A stretch of 64,000 nucleotides of DNA, from assembly GCA_964620955.1 (NCBI GenBank), contig CAZUKH010000001.1, forward strand, positions 124,593-188,592, read 5' to 3'. Of the stretch, positions 19,692-31,100 are shown one piece after another. Under the pieces are notes generated by a model that did no database searches, was not told the origin of the DNA, and saw nothing but the letters and a program-made list of their open reading frames with translations. Numbering within the stretch: the stretch's first letter is position 1; the number at the start of each line of letters is the position of its first letter. Made by a program: the position numbers and the translations under genes. Origin of the DNA: an uncultured Candidatus Saccharibacteria bacterium (lineage in GTDB: Bacteria > Patescibacteriota > Dojkabacteria > J137).

Positions 19692-22600
19692 TTGTTTTTG
19701 CGTTTTTTAAATAAAACAATACGGCTCAAAGAATGGCAGCTGGATATTTTTTCAGCTTTTGTTTTGCTGGGTGGTATTTTCGCTGGCGTAATTCTTGCTG
19801 TTGCAGGTTTAATTCCATTAATTAATGCTGATGTTACTAATTTAATTACGCTTACCTCAGATGCATCGTTTAACACTGGTAGTTATGCTAGTACAAATAT
19901 AACCGGAGCGGGAGATGGTGCCTCTGTACAGTTAACACCTGGCGGCGCTGGATGGCTTGACCCAGCATGGACTTACCGACGGGATATTACAATTAACAAC
20001 CCTAATACTTCTACTCTAACTGAGTACCAGGTACTTATTACTCTTAATACTAGTAACTTTAATTATGCAAATGTTCAAAATGATTGTGATGATATTCGTT
20101 TTGCCAATAATGCTGGCCAACTTTTAAGCCATTATCAGCTTGTGTGTAATACAAGCGGTGTAAGTCAATTTTGGGTTAAAGTAGATTCACTTGCAGCAAG
20201 TTCCGATACTACAATACAGGTTTATTTCGGCAATGCTTCCGCAACTAGCGGTTCAAACGAAGTGGCAACCTTTTCATACTCATCAGCTAAAACTGTTGGT
20301 TATATAATAAATGACAGGGTTAATGAAGCATCAGTAATCAGTCTTATTGCAAATAATCAAATTATTCATAATTCACAAACTTTTAATCTTAATGAATATG
20401 AAACTAATTACTTTCCTTTAGTTAACAGAAGTTTACCAATACAAGCTAAAGGATTATTTAATTTTAAAGATCCTGATACAGATAATGATACATTTGTACC
20501 GGTTTCATTTGCAGGTACAAACTTTAGATTTACAACAAGAGAAAGTGGAACAGATACCGAAGATTTTTGGATGATTAGTCCATGGGGTAGTGCTACAGTA
20601 ACAATAGCCGGTGATGGCGGGGCAGCATGCCAAACACTTACAGTTACAGGCACAGCTGCGGTTAACGGGTCTGGCTGTAATTTAGCAGCGGGTATTACTT
20701 TTAAAATAACCAGTACAATACCAATTCTTGTTTTTTACGACGGGAATGCTAATCAAATTTCTCCAATTATGCCAGTTGAAAATGGACCATGGTACGGAGT
20801 GCCAAGCAGGACTCTAATGATTTCAGCAGCCGATAGTGGAGCAAACACAACTTACTTTAGATCCGACAACGCAAATGCTTACAATAATGCAATTGCAGCA
20901 AACAGGGATTTAACCCAAGCTACAGCATACGCGTCTTATGCTTCGGGACCCGCACTAAAAATAACAGGAGATAACCCAATTTTTGCATCAGCATGGAACG
21001 ATGGTAACGGGAATGACGGCGTGTCATTTATGCCTTGGAATAAACTTGGCACGCGATTTGGAGGTGCAACTGTTGTTGACTATATAGCTATTGCCTCACC
21101 CTACCCTGCTACTTGCCGTGTTTACAATGCATTAACTCAAACTCTAGTCGCAAGTGGTACAGCATCATCATTAAATTCAGAAGTTTATATGCTTGGGTTT
21201 GGTACTGGAAATTCTAATACTTATGTTAACGGTCCGTGGTATGTTGATTGTGACAAGCCTGTGTACCTTTACGCTGAAATGTCTGCAGACGCAGAAACGC
21301 AAGTTTATACATATGAGCAAATGAGGCAGTTTGTTTACCCAACGCCTGCAATGAATTCAACACTTGGTAACGAAGAAGGCTCAATTCCTGGAAGCGGCAC
21401 ATGGGAATCAGCAGGAAATCAAAATGCAATAGATTTAAAGTGGAATGGAGGATGGGGAGATGGCACTGGAACATCAGTGGGTTTTGAAGCAAGTGTTTCT
21501 AATGTAGGAGCAAATGCAAATATTGCATTTCAAATTAGGGCAGCATCTAGCCTGGCCAACTTAACATCAACAAGCTATCAAACTTTAGGCGTAGCAAGTT
21601 CAGGTACCAGTTTTACAGTTACTAAAGATGAGCTTGACACTCTTGGCGTACCTACTGGTTTAAATGGTAGGTACATTCAAATTAAAGCAACACTCAACTC
21701 AATTGATGGTTTTATAAACCCAGTACTTGAAAGTTTTGGGGTAAGATACCAAGCTGATAACTCAGGTCCATCTGTAAACGCTTCGGGAATTCAGCTCTTT
21801 AAAAGTTCAACTGGCGGTGAAGTCACAACAGACAACTGGCTTAATAATATTGCTCCATACTTTTCATGGAGTGAAGGCTCAGATACACAATCTGAAATTG
21901 GTGGGTTTTGCTTGTACATAGGAAACGATATTAATGGTGACCCTGCAATTACTGAGGGTATTTTGGGTGATAGTGGTTTTAGCGTACCTGGTGCAGACTG
22001 CCCTTTTCAAATAGAAACACCTTATATTGATTTTGCTACAACTGCTTTTAGAGGAAGCCAATGGCTTGAATCTGACACAATAAAGTACTATATGAAGGTT
22101 AAGTCAATCGACCGGGCAGGGAACGAATATCTTGGAACTGCAGCTTCATTTAGCTTTTACTATGATGATACGCCACCTACAACTCCATTCTTCATTTCTT
22201 TACCTTCGGGATTTGTTTCTTCAAAAGAAGTTACTATAACCTGGCCAACAGTAGGAAACGAGCGGGCTAAAGATGACCATTCACAGCTTGCTGGCTTGCA
22301 GTACAGAATAGGAAATAATGGTGTGTGGTATGGAGATTTGCATAATGGAGCTGAAAATCAAACTGACTTATTAGTTAATGATGGACATTACGTTACAATT
22401 GACCCTTATGATTTTGATGCGCTAAGCCAAGAGGTTAACTTGATTTACTTTAGGAGTTGGGATAACGCTGGAAATATATCTACTGCAACAGTTAGCGGAA
22501 CAATAAAGATTAACTCTAATGCACCAAGTAGCCCACAAAATCTTACAGTCACGCCATTAACCAATACAGTAAACTCCTATGCTTTTGAATGGGACCCACC

Positions 22601-24392
22601 TAGTAGTTATACCGGCCTTTTGAGTGGAATTACTTATTGTTACACTGTTAACACATTACCTTCGGCAGGTACCTGTATTTTTACAGGGCCAGGTGTAACA
22701 AACCTTGCTGCAGATGCATATGCTAACCTTCCAACAACTAATACACTTTACCTAGTAGCTAAAGATGAAGCTGGAAACATTAATTACTCAACATATACCC
22801 AGGTAGATTTTACGTATACAGGAACCGCTCCTGGTATTCCGCGTAATATTGAAGTTACAGATATTTCAATAAAAGATACTGCAAACTGGAGACTTTCTGT
22901 AACTTGGGAAATTCCCGAAAATATTGGTGCTGGTGTGAGCTCATATAAAATTTATAGATCTACCCAAGACTTAAGCTGTACAAACGATATTGAATCTTTT
23001 AGCCTTATTGATACTATTAAGGGTTCTACCTTTTACGCAAATACTGGTTTAAGCCAACAAACTTACTATTACTGCCTTAGAGCTTGTGATTCGGCAAACA
23101 ACTGCTCTGCTCCTTCTGAAGTTGCATCTGGATTTCCTGACGGAAGATTTACTAGCCCAGCTGAATTAATTTCAGGGCCAACTATAACAAACCTTTCTAC
23201 TCGCAGAGCAACTATAAACTGGGTAACAGTTCGAGGTTCCGATTCAAAAGTAGCATATGGAATTGCTCCTGACACATATTTTGAAGAAGAGCCATCAACT
23301 TCTACCCAGGTAAACGACCACGTTATAAACCTTTCGGGCTTACAGCCAGGAACCACCTACTACTACAGAGCAAAATGGACCGATGAAGATGGTAATACAG
23401 GAATAAGCCCTGAAAAATCTTTTACTACAGACCCTGCTCCTGTAATTAGAGATGTTTCGGTGGCAAGAGTTGGATTAGACAATGCTGTAATTAGGTTTAC
23501 AGCAAGAGGTGCTTATGGAGTTCAGCTTCGTTATGGGCTTACCACAAGTTTTGGTGGAGCTATTGAAATTGACTCTTCACCTGTTGAAAGCACTTACACT
23601 GCAATAATCGAAAATTTGCAAGACGGCACAAATTACTTTTACACAATCAACCCTTTTGATGGTGAAGGATTTACATACGAAGGAACTGTTTTAAATTTTG
23701 CAACTCTTCCAAGACCTCAAATAACAAATGTAGATATTGAAGAACAAAAAGGAAATGCACAACCTACAATAAAAATTACCTGGGAAACAAATACCCCTAC
23801 AAACTCAATTGCTACTTACTTTCCTGTAACTAACCCTGCATTTACTCGAGATCAAGTAGATATTAATTTAAAAGATGGTAAACATGAAATGACTTTAGCC
23901 GGACTGGAAGCAGAAACAACTTACAACCTGATTGTGAAAGCAGTTGATGCTTTTGGTAACCAGGCACAATCAGATACTATTAGCTTTACAACTGCAACAG
24001 ACAGCAGACCACCAGAAATTTTTAATTTAAAAGTAGAAGGCACTATTACTAACTTTTCGGAAAGTAGCACTGGCTCCGACCAGCAAAAAGCACAACTTAT
24101 TGTTTCGTGGGATACTGATGAACCTGCAACAAGTCAAGTAGAGTTTGGACAAGGAAGTGCCTCAGTTTATACACAAAAAACACAACAAGATCAAAATCTT
24201 ACTTTCAACCATTTAGTTGTAATTTCAAACCTTACACCTTCGCAGGTTTATAGCCTTCGAGTGATTTCTGCTGATAGCGCTGGCAATGAGGGTTTGTCGG
24301 ACAATTCTGTTACTATAACTCCTAAGGTTGTAAGTTCAGCTTTAGACTTAGTGTTTTCAAATCTACTTGAAATATTTGGTTTTTTGCGATGA
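19692..24392 (+). CDS. Large surface protein: DUF2341 + IgGFc-binding-like repeats + multiple fibronectin-III/purple-acid-phosphatase-N-like domains
   Basis: WTYRRDITI..YQV..DDIRF..FWVKV..VYFGN (DUF2341); IxSxxPI repeats; LQPGTTYYYR, WDTDEPATSQVEFG..H.V.ISNLTP; exact start uncertain. Confidence 0.8.
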   Translation: MFLRFLNKTIRLKEWQLDIFSAFVLLGGIFAGVILAVAGLIPLINADVTNLITLTSDASFNTGSYASTNITGAGDGASVQLTPGGAGWLDPAWTYRRDITINNPNTSTLTEYQVLITLNTSNFNYANVQNDCDDIRFANNAGQLLSHYQLVCNTSGVSQFWVKVDSLAASSDTTIQVYFGNASATSGSNEVATFSYSSAKTVGYIINDRVNEASVISLIANNQIIHNSQTFNLNEYETNYFPLVNRSLPIQAKGLFNFKDPDTDNDTFVPVSFAGTNFRFTTRESGTDTEDFWMISPWGSATVTIAGDGGAACQTLTVTGTAAVNGSGCNLAAGITFKITSTIPILVFYDGNANQISPIMPVENGPWYGVPSRTLMISAADSGANTTYFRSDNANAYNNAIAANRDLTQATAYASYASGPALKITGDNPIFASAWNDGNGNDGVSFMPWNKLGTRFGGATVVDYIAIASPYPATCRVYNALTQTLVASGTASSLNSEVYMLGFGTGNSNTYVNGPWYVDCDKPVYLYAEMSADAETQVYTYEQMRQFVYPTPAMNSTLGNEEGSIPGSGTWESAGNQNAIDLKWNGGWGDGTGTSVGFEASVSNVGANANIAFQIRAASSLANLTSTSYQTLGVASSGTSFTVTKDELDTLGVPTGLNGRYIQIKATLNSIDGFINPVLESFGVRYQADNSGPSVNASGIQLFKSSTGGEVTTDNWLNNIAPYFSWSEGSDTQSEIGGFCLYIGNDINGDPAITEGILGDSGFSVPGADCPFQIETPYIDFATTAFRGSQWLESDTIKYYMKVKSIDRAGNEYLGTAASFSFYYDDTPPTTPFFISLPSGFVSSKEVTITWPTVGNERAKDDHSQLAGLQYRIGNNGVWYGDLHNGAENQTDLLVNDGHYVTIDPYDFDALSQEVNLIYFRSWDNAGNISTATVSGTIKINSNAPSSPQNLTVTPLTNTVNSYAFEWDPPSSYTGLLSGITYCYTVNTLPSAGTCIFTGPGVTNLAADAYANLPTTNTLYLVAKDEAGNINYSTYTQVDFTYTGTAPGIPRNIEVTDISIKDTANWRLSVTWEIPENIGAGVSSYKIYRSTQDLSCTNDIESFSLIDTIKGSTFYANTGLSQQTYYYCLRACDSANNCSAPSEVASGFPDGRFTSPAELISGPTITNLSTRRATINWVTVRGSDSKVAYGIAPDTYFEEEPSTSTQVNDHVINLSGLQPGTTYYYRAKWTDEDGNTGISPEKSFTTDPAPVIRDVSVARVGLDNAVIRFTARGAYGVQLRYGLTTSFGGAIEIDSSPVESTYTAIIENLQDGTNYFYTINPFDGEGFTYEGTVLNFATLPRPQITNVDIEEQKGNAQPTIKITWETNTPTNSIATYFPVTNPAFTRDQVDINLKDGKHEMTLAGLEAETTYNLIVKAVDAFGNQAQSDTISFTTATDSRPPEIFNLKVEGTITNFSESSTGSDQQKAQLIVSWDTDEPATSQVEFGQGSASVYTQKTQQDQNLTFNHLVVISNLTPSQVYSLRVISADSAGNEGLSDNSVTITPKVVSSALDLVFSNLLEIFGFLR

Positions 24393-26854
24393 ATTTGAAT
24401 TTAGATCAAGCCAAAACAGAACAACCCCCCAAAACAAGTGTTATCAGGCTAAGGAACGTAAATAAAATTTTCCAGGTAAAAAGTCAGAATATTTGGGTAC
24501 TAAAAGATATAAACCTTGAAATAGGTAGCGGAGAGTTTGTAATAATTTTTGGACCGTCTGGATCGGGAAAATCTACCATGCTTCATATTATGCTTGGACT
24601 GGAAAAACCAACTGCTGGCGAGTCTTATCTTTTTGATACACCAATAAATAATGTTACCGAAACTCAAATGTGCTTATTACGAAAACGTAGTGTAGGAATT
24701 GTTTACCAGCAACCTAACTGGATTAAATCTTTACCTGTTATTGATAATGTAGGGTTTCCTTTGTCTTTAAAAGGGGTTAATAAGGAACAGGCGAGACTTG
24801 CTGCAACCGCTAAGTTGGCAGTTGTAGGAATGGCACAATGGAGTAATTATAGGCCTACTGAACTTTCATCGGGTCAACAACAGCGTGTAGCATTAGCAAG
24901 AGCATTGGTTGCAGAACCTGACCTTATAGTTGCTGATGAACCTACAGGTAACCTAGATGTTGTTAACGGAGATAGGCTAATGGATCTTTTTAAAGCACAA
25001 CAGGAAGCTGGTAAAACTATTATAATGGTTACCCACAACGTAGATTATTTAAAATATGCTACAAAAATTGTTCAATTTAGAGATGGATTTGTATTAAATG
25101 TTATTGACCCAAGAGGTAAAGATATAAAACTATTGCAAAAAGAATTAACTTCTGACCCCGACCCTAAACTTTTCCCTGATCAAGAAAAATATTCTCCTGC
25201 TGCGCTAGAAAGGTTTGTACAAACTTATGCCAGTGAACTTAATTTAGAGCAACCTAAAGTTAAAAAAGGCTTTACAAAAATTGTTCGAATTATTAGCAGG
25301 CGAATAGTTAGATTACCTCAAAACATAATTAAAGCTGCAGCCATTTATGTAAGTAAAACATTTGTAATAATGGCAGTGCTAAGCTCGATTTTATTTTATA
25401 AAGTTGTAAACATTTTGACTTATATTCCTTTAGTTAACAGATTATTTACTAAAAAAAGCAGCGAAAAGCTGGAAATGCGTGTGCATGGTTTTGTTGCTGG
25501 TTTAAGAAAATCTTACAAAGACAGAATAAGTTTAATAGATATTGCCGACATAGCAATGCATAACATGTTTAATAAAAGGGCAAGAAGTTGGATAACAATC
25601 GGTGGGGTGTCTATAGGTATAGCTTTTATTGTGTTTTTATTATCAATTGGATATGGTATTCAAGAGCTTGTTGTATCAAGAATAGCAACGTTAGATGAGC
25701 TAAAACAACTTGAAGCAAGGCCTGCAGTAAGCACCAACATTTCAATTACAGATGAAACTGTAAGTAAGTTCAAAGAGTTTGAGGGTGTTAATGAGGTTCA
25801 GACTGTTTTAAATATCGCAGGTCAAATCAGTTTTTCAAACTCACAAACCGATGCAGTGATTTTTGGTGCTCAATCAGATTACCTAAAAGCAACTGGAATA
25901 GATATTTCGAATGGAGAGCTTTTTAATAATAATGACATAGTCTCAACTCTTATTACTAAGGAATCACAAGAAGACATTACTCTTGCATCAGCAGATAATC
26001 CTAATAATCTGGTAGTGGAAACCCCCAATAGTAATGAATCGGGAAAAAATATGCTTGAATTACCCCAAAAAGAGCGTGTTGCTGTCATTAATACCCAGCT
26101 AGCTACTTTGTTAGGGCAGGAAGCTGATCAAATAATTGGCAAAGAGGTTGAAGTATCATTCATCTTTACTGGAGATCTTACAACTTCAGGTCAAAGAATG
26201 GAATCAATTGCTGTGCCGTATGAGGTAATTGGAGTAACACAAGATGGTGATACCCCTCAAATGTATGTACCGCTAATCGACTTAAAAGAAACTGGAGTAA
26301 CAAAGTATTCATTACTTAATGTAATAATGAGTAACTCAAATGCAGTTGAAGACGTGAGAAGGAGAATTGAGTTTTCTGGTTACCAAACTACTTCGGTGCT
26401 GGATACTGTGCTTCAAGTAGAATCCTTATTTAGCAGTGTTCGACTCGCACTTGGGATCGTTGGTGGCATTGCTTTATCGGTTGCTGCACTAGGCATGTTT
26501 AACACCTTAAGCGTTTCGCTTTTGGAACGTACTAGAGAAGTTGGTTTGATGAAGGCCATTGGCATGGTACCTAAAGAAGTGCAAGATCTTTTTATTACAG
26601 AAGCAATTGCTATGGGTTTTATTGGTGGCTTTGGGGGGTTATTTGTAGGTTTTATACTAGGCAAGATTATCTCGCTGTTTCTAAGTGCTATTGCAATTTC
26701 TAGGGGGTTTGGAGTTATTGATGTCACTTTTATTCCACCAAGCTTAGCCTTGTCTATTATGCTTCTTGCCGCTTTTGTAGGTACTTTAACTGGTTACCCC
26801 CCTGCAAACCGCGCAACAAGAATCTCAGCAATTAATGCTTTGCGATACGAATAG
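24389..26854 (+). CDS. MacB-like fused ABC ATPase/permease
   Basis: GPSGSGKST, LSSGQQQRVALARAL, ADEPTGNLD; ERTREVGLMKAIG, YPPANRA..ALRYE; ATGA overlap with the surface protein gene. Confidence 0.92.
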   Translation: MNLNLDQAKTEQPPKTSVIRLRNVNKIFQVKSQNIWVLKDINLEIGSGEFVIIFGPSGSGKSTMLHIMLGLEKPTAGESYLFDTPINNVTETQMCLLRKRSVGIVYQQPNWIKSLPVIDNVGFPLSLKGVNKEQARLAATAKLAVVGMAQWSNYRPTELSSGQQQRVALARALVAEPDLIVADEPTGNLDVVNGDRLMDLFKAQQEAGKTIIMVTHNVDYLKYATKIVQFRDGFVLNVIDPRGKDIKLLQKELTSDPDPKLFPDQEKYSPAALERFVQTYASELNLEQPKVKKGFTKIVRIISRRIVRLPQNIIKAAAIYVSKTFVIMAVLSSILFYKVVNILTYIPLVNRLFTKKSSEKLEMRVHGFVAGLRKSYKDRISLIDIADIAMHNMFNKRARSWITIGGVSIGIAFIVFLLSIGYGIQELVVSRIATLDELKQLEARPAVSTNISITDETVSKFKEFEGVNEVQTVLNIAGQISFSNSQTDAVIFGAQSDYLKATGIDISNGELFNNNDIVSTLITKESQEDITLASADNPNNLVVETPNSNESGKNMLELPQKERVAVINTQLATLLGQEADQIIGKEVEVSFIFTGDLTTSGQRMESIAVPYEVIGVTQDGDTPQMYVPLIDLKETGVTKYSLLNVIMSNSNAVEDVRRRIEFSGYQTTSVLDTVLQVESLFSSVRLALGIVGGIALSVAALGMFNTLSVSLLERTREVGLMKAIGMVPKEVQDLFITEAIAMGFIGGFGGLFVGFILGKIISLFLSAIAISRGFGVIDVTFIPPSLALSIMLLAAFVGTLTGYPPANRATRISAINALRYE

Positions 26855-26855
26855 T

Positions 26856-27158
26856 TTACAAGCCAAGCAATTTGTTTATTCGTTCTTTTGTAGCTTCGGA
26901 TGCGTCTATTTGTCCTTGTAAATCAATAATATCATTAACACTCACATCCTGAGCCGTGTCTTCGGATTTAATATCTAACATTTCACCACCAAGTGCATTT
27001 ACAGCAATTTCCAGCTGATTTATTCTACTTGCCATTTTATAAACAAGATCTCCGTTTCTTAAAGTCATATAAAGACCTACTGCACTAGAAACTACAAGGG
27101 CTGTAACTACAGCGGCTATCATCATTATCAATGTGTTTTGTCTTGAATCTGTTGACAT
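26856..27158 (-). CDS. Hypothetical protein, TM anchor + coiled coil
   Basis: 100-aa ORF. Confidence 0.65.
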   Translation of the reverse strand: MSTDSRQNTLIMMIAAVVTALVVSSAVGLYMTLRNGDLVYKMASRINQLEIAVNALGGEMLDIKSEDTAQDVSVNDIIDLQGQIDASEATKERINKLLGL

Positions 27159-27199
27159 TTTGAATAATTATAAAATTTAAATCTTACTTTATCTTATCA

Positions 27200-27300
27200 A
27201 AAAATGAAGTAAGTAAAAAGGATAAACGAAAAGAAGTAAAAACGATAAACTTAAAGCTAAGAAGGAAAAACGAACCAGTCTCTAATTACTAATCGCTAGC
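27200..27300. repeat. Degenerate 7-nt tandem repeat tract (AAGTAAA/AAGGATA/AACGAAA/AAGCTAA type)
   Basis: Purine-rich tract with approximate 7-nt periodicity, resembling 49903-49925 and 56581-56730. Confidence 0.55.
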
Positions 27301-27399
27301 TTAATAAATACAATATATTGTGTTTTTGCTACTTGACTACCACAACATGTTGGGTATAGGATACAAATTACCGCTAAAATATATCTTAAAGTTTTTATT

Positions 27400-28038
27400 A
27401 TGATAGGAGCTGGAACTGATATTGACAACGACCTAACCCCAGCAGCTGAAATACCCTATGAGCTTGAGACTGAAAATACAATGATTCCTAGTATGGAAAA
27501 GGCTTTAGAAGTGGTTCAAATACTGCATCAAATCTTCACTTCAGATCAGATTTATTCTCTGGACGGATTTGCAGCAATAATAGCTGCAGCCGCAGGCAGA
27601 TATCCACTTGAGAGCATAGAGTTTGCCCCTTTTGCGATTGAAGTGAATTTGACCCCTGCAATCGGGTTTTTATTAATACAAAAAACACCCAAAAGAGATG
27701 ACGATATTTTTGTTGATATTCTTCAACCAAACCAGGAAAACCAATTAATATCAAGGCAAGCTCTTTTGAAAAGATATGGATTTAAAAGCTTATCTCCAAT
27801 GACCAGGCTAACTGCAATTTCACAGCTGGTTAAGAATTCGATTGCACTATTAGAAAATAGAAAACTACAAAAACAAGATTTACATAAAAAACTTAAATTG
27901 CTTAGGGATGTCATTAGTTCACATAGCGATGATTTGGAAACACTTTACTTAACTGATCCCGTTTTAACACACATTCCACATACATCTATTCGTATAGCAC
28001 TAAGTCAAATTGACGGGATACTCACCAGAGAATCCTAG
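27400..28038 (+). CDS. Orphan hypothetical protein
   Basis: 212-aa ORF with upstream TTGACT(27333) promoter-like element. Confidence 0.6.
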   Translation: MIGAGTDIDNDLTPAAEIPYELETENTMIPSMEKALEVVQILHQIFTSDQIYSLDGFAAIIAAAAGRYPLESIEFAPFAIEVNLTPAIGFLLIQKTPKRDDDIFVDILQPNQENQLISRQALLKRYGFKSLSPMTRLTAISQLVKNSIALLENRKLQKQDLHKKLKLLRDVISSHSDDLETLYLTDPVLTHIPHTSIRIALSQIDGILTRES

Positions 28039-29618
28039 TACTTCTCTACTCTATAAGCAATTATAAAATCGCCGACCGCAAGGTCGGTAATTGCTGGTTC
28101 CAATAACATTCCACACTCCATTCCTTTTTTTATCTCTTTAACCTCATTTTTTCCTTGCCTTAGTTGCTTAACCTTTGAAGTGCCTCGCAACTCATCTTCA
28201 TGTCCAGATTGCAGCTTTACAGCTTTAACCTGGTAGCCTCTCAAGAATTTATTATCTAAAACTTTACAGCCCGCAACCTGGCTTCCATCTGACAATGTAA
28301 ATACCTGCAAAACCTCGGCTTTTGCCATTTCGATTTCTTCTTCAATTGGTTTATCCATACTATCTAAAACATCTGCAAGTTCATCAAGGAGTTCATAAAT
28401 AATTTCATATTTTCTAACAAGCACTTTTTCTCTTTTTGCAATTTGGGCAACAGAGTTTGGCACATCACTTTGAAAAGTTATAACAATACCTTTTGCAATT
28501 TTAGCCAACTCAATATCTTTTTCAGTTACTTCTCCTGTTCCACTATTTAAAATTGTTACTTTGGATTCTTCATTTTCTAGAGCTTCAATTTCTTTTGTAA
28601 CTGCCTCCAAGGTACCTTGAGTTGAGGTTTTTAAAATTATTTTTAATTCTTTTTGACTTGTACCACTGTCTTTTTCTTGCTTTTGCATAAGCATTTGAGC
28701 AAAAAGTGATTCTGGGTCGAGTTTTTGGAGTTCACTAGCTTCATCTTCATCAACTTCTCCTGTTTTTAACTGACTTTCTAGGTTTCTTGCTGCTTGCTCA
28801 TCTTCTACAAAGTTAATAATCTCCCCTGTTTGTAGGTCGTTTTTTAAGCCGGCAACCGTAAATGGCTGTGACTCATTGACTATTTGAAGCTGTTTTTGAT
28901 TTTCATCTAAATAGGCTCTTACCTTAAAATACCCTGACTGGGTTACTCCAAACATCCTTTGGGTTAAGTTTCCTGCTTTAAGAATTGCAAGTGCCGCGTA
29001 ACCAACGTGCTTGTTGAGGCTAGATTCCATTACAAAAGCTTCAGCCACTACACCTTCTTTTGGTTGCTTTGGCTTAAGCTCATTAACTTCAGTAAGTAGC
29101 TCAATTCCTTCCAGTAATTCTTTAAGACCTGTTTTATTTTTTGCGGAAACCTCAAAACACATTACGTCACCTCCATATTCTTCTATTACGACTTTATAAC
29201 TAGACAGCTCTTGCTTTATTTTTTCTATTTTTACGCCTTCCAAATCGATTTTATTTAATGCAACAATTATTGGAACTTTGTACTCATGAGCAAATTCTAT
29301 TGATTCTTTTGTTTGAGGTTGGACACCATCATCAGCTGCAACAACTAAAAGCACAAAATCTGTTACTCTTGCTCCCCTTTGCCGCATATTGCTGAAAGCC
29401 TCGTGGCCTGGCGTATCTATAAAAGTAATTTTAAAGCCTGTGTGTGTAACTACCTCGTGTGCTCTTGTATTTTGAGTTATTCCTCCAAATTCTTTTTCAG
29501 CAACTCTTGCTCCTCTTATTGAATCTAGCAAAGAGGTTTTACCATGGTCCACATGACCCATTACTGCGACTACAGGCTGTCTGATTGTTTGTTTTTTGGG
29601 TAATTGTTTTTTTGCCAT
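28035..29618 (-). CDS. infB: Translation initiation factor IF-2 (short, lacks N-terminal domain)
   Basis: [42 protein letters not shown]. Confidence 0.96.
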   Translation of the reverse strand: MAKKQLPKKQTIRQPVVAVMGHVDHGKTSLLDSIRGARVAEKEFGGITQNTRAHEVVTHTGFKITFIDTPGHEAFSNMRQRGARVTDFVLLVVAADDGVQPQTKESIEFAHEYKVPIIVALNKIDLEGVKIEKIKQELSSYKVVIEEYGGDVMCFEVSAKNKTGLKELLEGIELLTEVNELKPKQPKEGVVAEAFVMESSLNKHVGYAALAILKAGNLTQRMFGVTQSGYFKVRAYLDENQKQLQIVNESQPFTVAGLKNDLQTGEIINFVEDEQAARNLESQLKTGEVDEDEASELQKLDPESLFAQMLMQKQEKDSGTSQKELKIILKTSTQGTLEAVTKEIEALENEESKVTILNSGTGEVTEKDIELAKIAKGIVITFQSDVPNSVAQIAKREKVLVRKYEIIYELLDELADVLDSMDKPIEEEIEMAKAEVLQVFTLSDGSQVAGCKVLDNKFLRGYQVKAVKLQSGHEDELRGTSKVKQLRQGKNEVKEIKKGMECGMLLEPAITDLAVGDFIIAYRVEKY

Positions 29619-29713
29619 ATACCAACGAGAGATTTTAACATACAACCTTAAGATAAAATAGATAAAAATCTTTTGATCCTATGGTCTAGTTTTTTTAACT
29701 TGTATAATACGAT

Positions 29714-31048
29714 ATGTTTGACTTTACGAAGCTAAAAAAATTAGACCCGGTACTAGTTATCCTAATTGCAATTTTTGCTTTGTTTAGTAATTTAAATGTT
29801 TTTGCAACAACTTTCTTTTTTGGAAGATCAACTTCGCCAATATTTATCTCTCACATTACTTATTGGATATTAGGTATACTACTTTTTGTTTTGATAGGCA
29901 CTTTTAACTACAAACTTTTAAGAAATAAAGTTGCAGCAATTGTAATTTTCATAGTTTGTGTGGCAATGCTGTTAACTGTTCTCATAGCAGGAGAAACGAT
30001 CCTCGGTGCAAAAAGATGGATTAACTTAGGAGGGTTTTATCTTCAGCCATCAGAATTTGCAAAGCTTTTTTTAGTTATTATTACCGCTAATCTTTGCTCC
30101 CAACTTTCAATACGAAATAGGAAGTTAAAGATTTTAAAAGTTACCCCTTACCTTGCTACCATTTTAGTAATAGGTATTTTAGCTGGACTTACATTTCTCC
30201 AAAATTCTCTTGGTAATACAGTTTTAATTTTGCTTATAGGCTTAGGGGTTCTTTTTTATGCTCATCCTTTTTCTATCAGGCAAATCTTGGTTATTGCTGT
30301 TTCACTTTCTGCCATAATTTTTGCGGTAATTCTTAAATCACCTGAACTTTCAATTAACTATGCCGCAGCAGGCACAGCTTGTGCACTGGGCCTCGCCTTT
30401 ATTGGACGCGTTAAGAAATTAAGCCGGTTGTACAACGCAGCAATTGTTTTAGTAGCCTTTGCTGTTGGGACAGCGGCTGTGCCTGCTGCGGCATACATTT
30501 ACCACAATGTAATACAAGACTATCAAAGATCTCGAATCGAGTCTTTTATAAATCCTGACCAAGATGAAGCCGGTTCCTGGAATAAAGAACAATCTGTTAT
30601 AGCTTGTGGCGCCGGCCAACTTACTGGCAAAGGTTTTTTACAAGGAACCCAGTCTGCTAACGGACTTTTGCCATTTGCATACAGCGATTTTGCATTTTGC
30701 GGTTTTGGTGAACAGTTTGGGTTTATTGGGATTCTAATTTTATTGCTGCTTTACCTAGTGTTATTTAATCGCATTGTTTCATTAACCAACACTGTTGAAG
30801 ACCCTTTTGGAAGACTGCTCCTTTTTGGCACTGCGTTAATAATTGGATTTAATACTTTGCAGCATGTTGGAATGAACTTAGGGCTATTACCTATAACAGG
30901 CGTACCTTTGCCTTTGATTAGCGCCGGTGGTAGCGCCATGCTAACAGTTATGGCCTCTTTAGGAATATGCTCTAGTATTTTAGCAACTGTTAACAAAAAC
31001 AAAGCTACTGTTACAAAAAAATATATTTATCGAAAATTATCACATTAG
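29714..31048 (+). CDS. rodA: SEDS peptidoglycan polymerase (RodA/FtsW)
   Basis: GAKRWI..LQPSEFAK, YQRSRI, GKGFLQGTQ, DF...GEQFGFIG, PITGVPLPLISAGGS. Confidence 0.88.
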   Translation: MFDFTKLKKLDPVLVILIAIFALFSNLNVFATTFFFGRSTSPIFISHITYWILGILLFVLIGTFNYKLLRNKVAAIVIFIVCVAMLLTVLIAGETILGAKRWINLGGFYLQPSEFAKLFLVIITANLCSQLSIRNRKLKILKVTPYLATILVIGILAGLTFLQNSLGNTVLILLIGLGVLFYAHPFSIRQILVIAVSLSAIIFAVILKSPELSINYAAAGTACALGLAFIGRVKKLSRLYNAAIVLVAFAVGTAAVPAAAYIYHNVIQDYQRSRIESFINPDQDEAGSWNKEQSVIACGAGQLTGKGFLQGTQSANGLLPFAYSDFAFCGFGEQFGFIGILILLLLYLVLFNRIVSLTNTVEDPFGRLLLFGTALIIGFNTLQHVGMNLGLLPITGVPLPLISAGGSAMLTVMASLGICSSILATVNKNKATVTKKYIYRKLSH

Positions 31049-31100
31049 CAAGAATATTAACAAATCTGCTATACTACTTAATAATATTAAATTAATTAAA

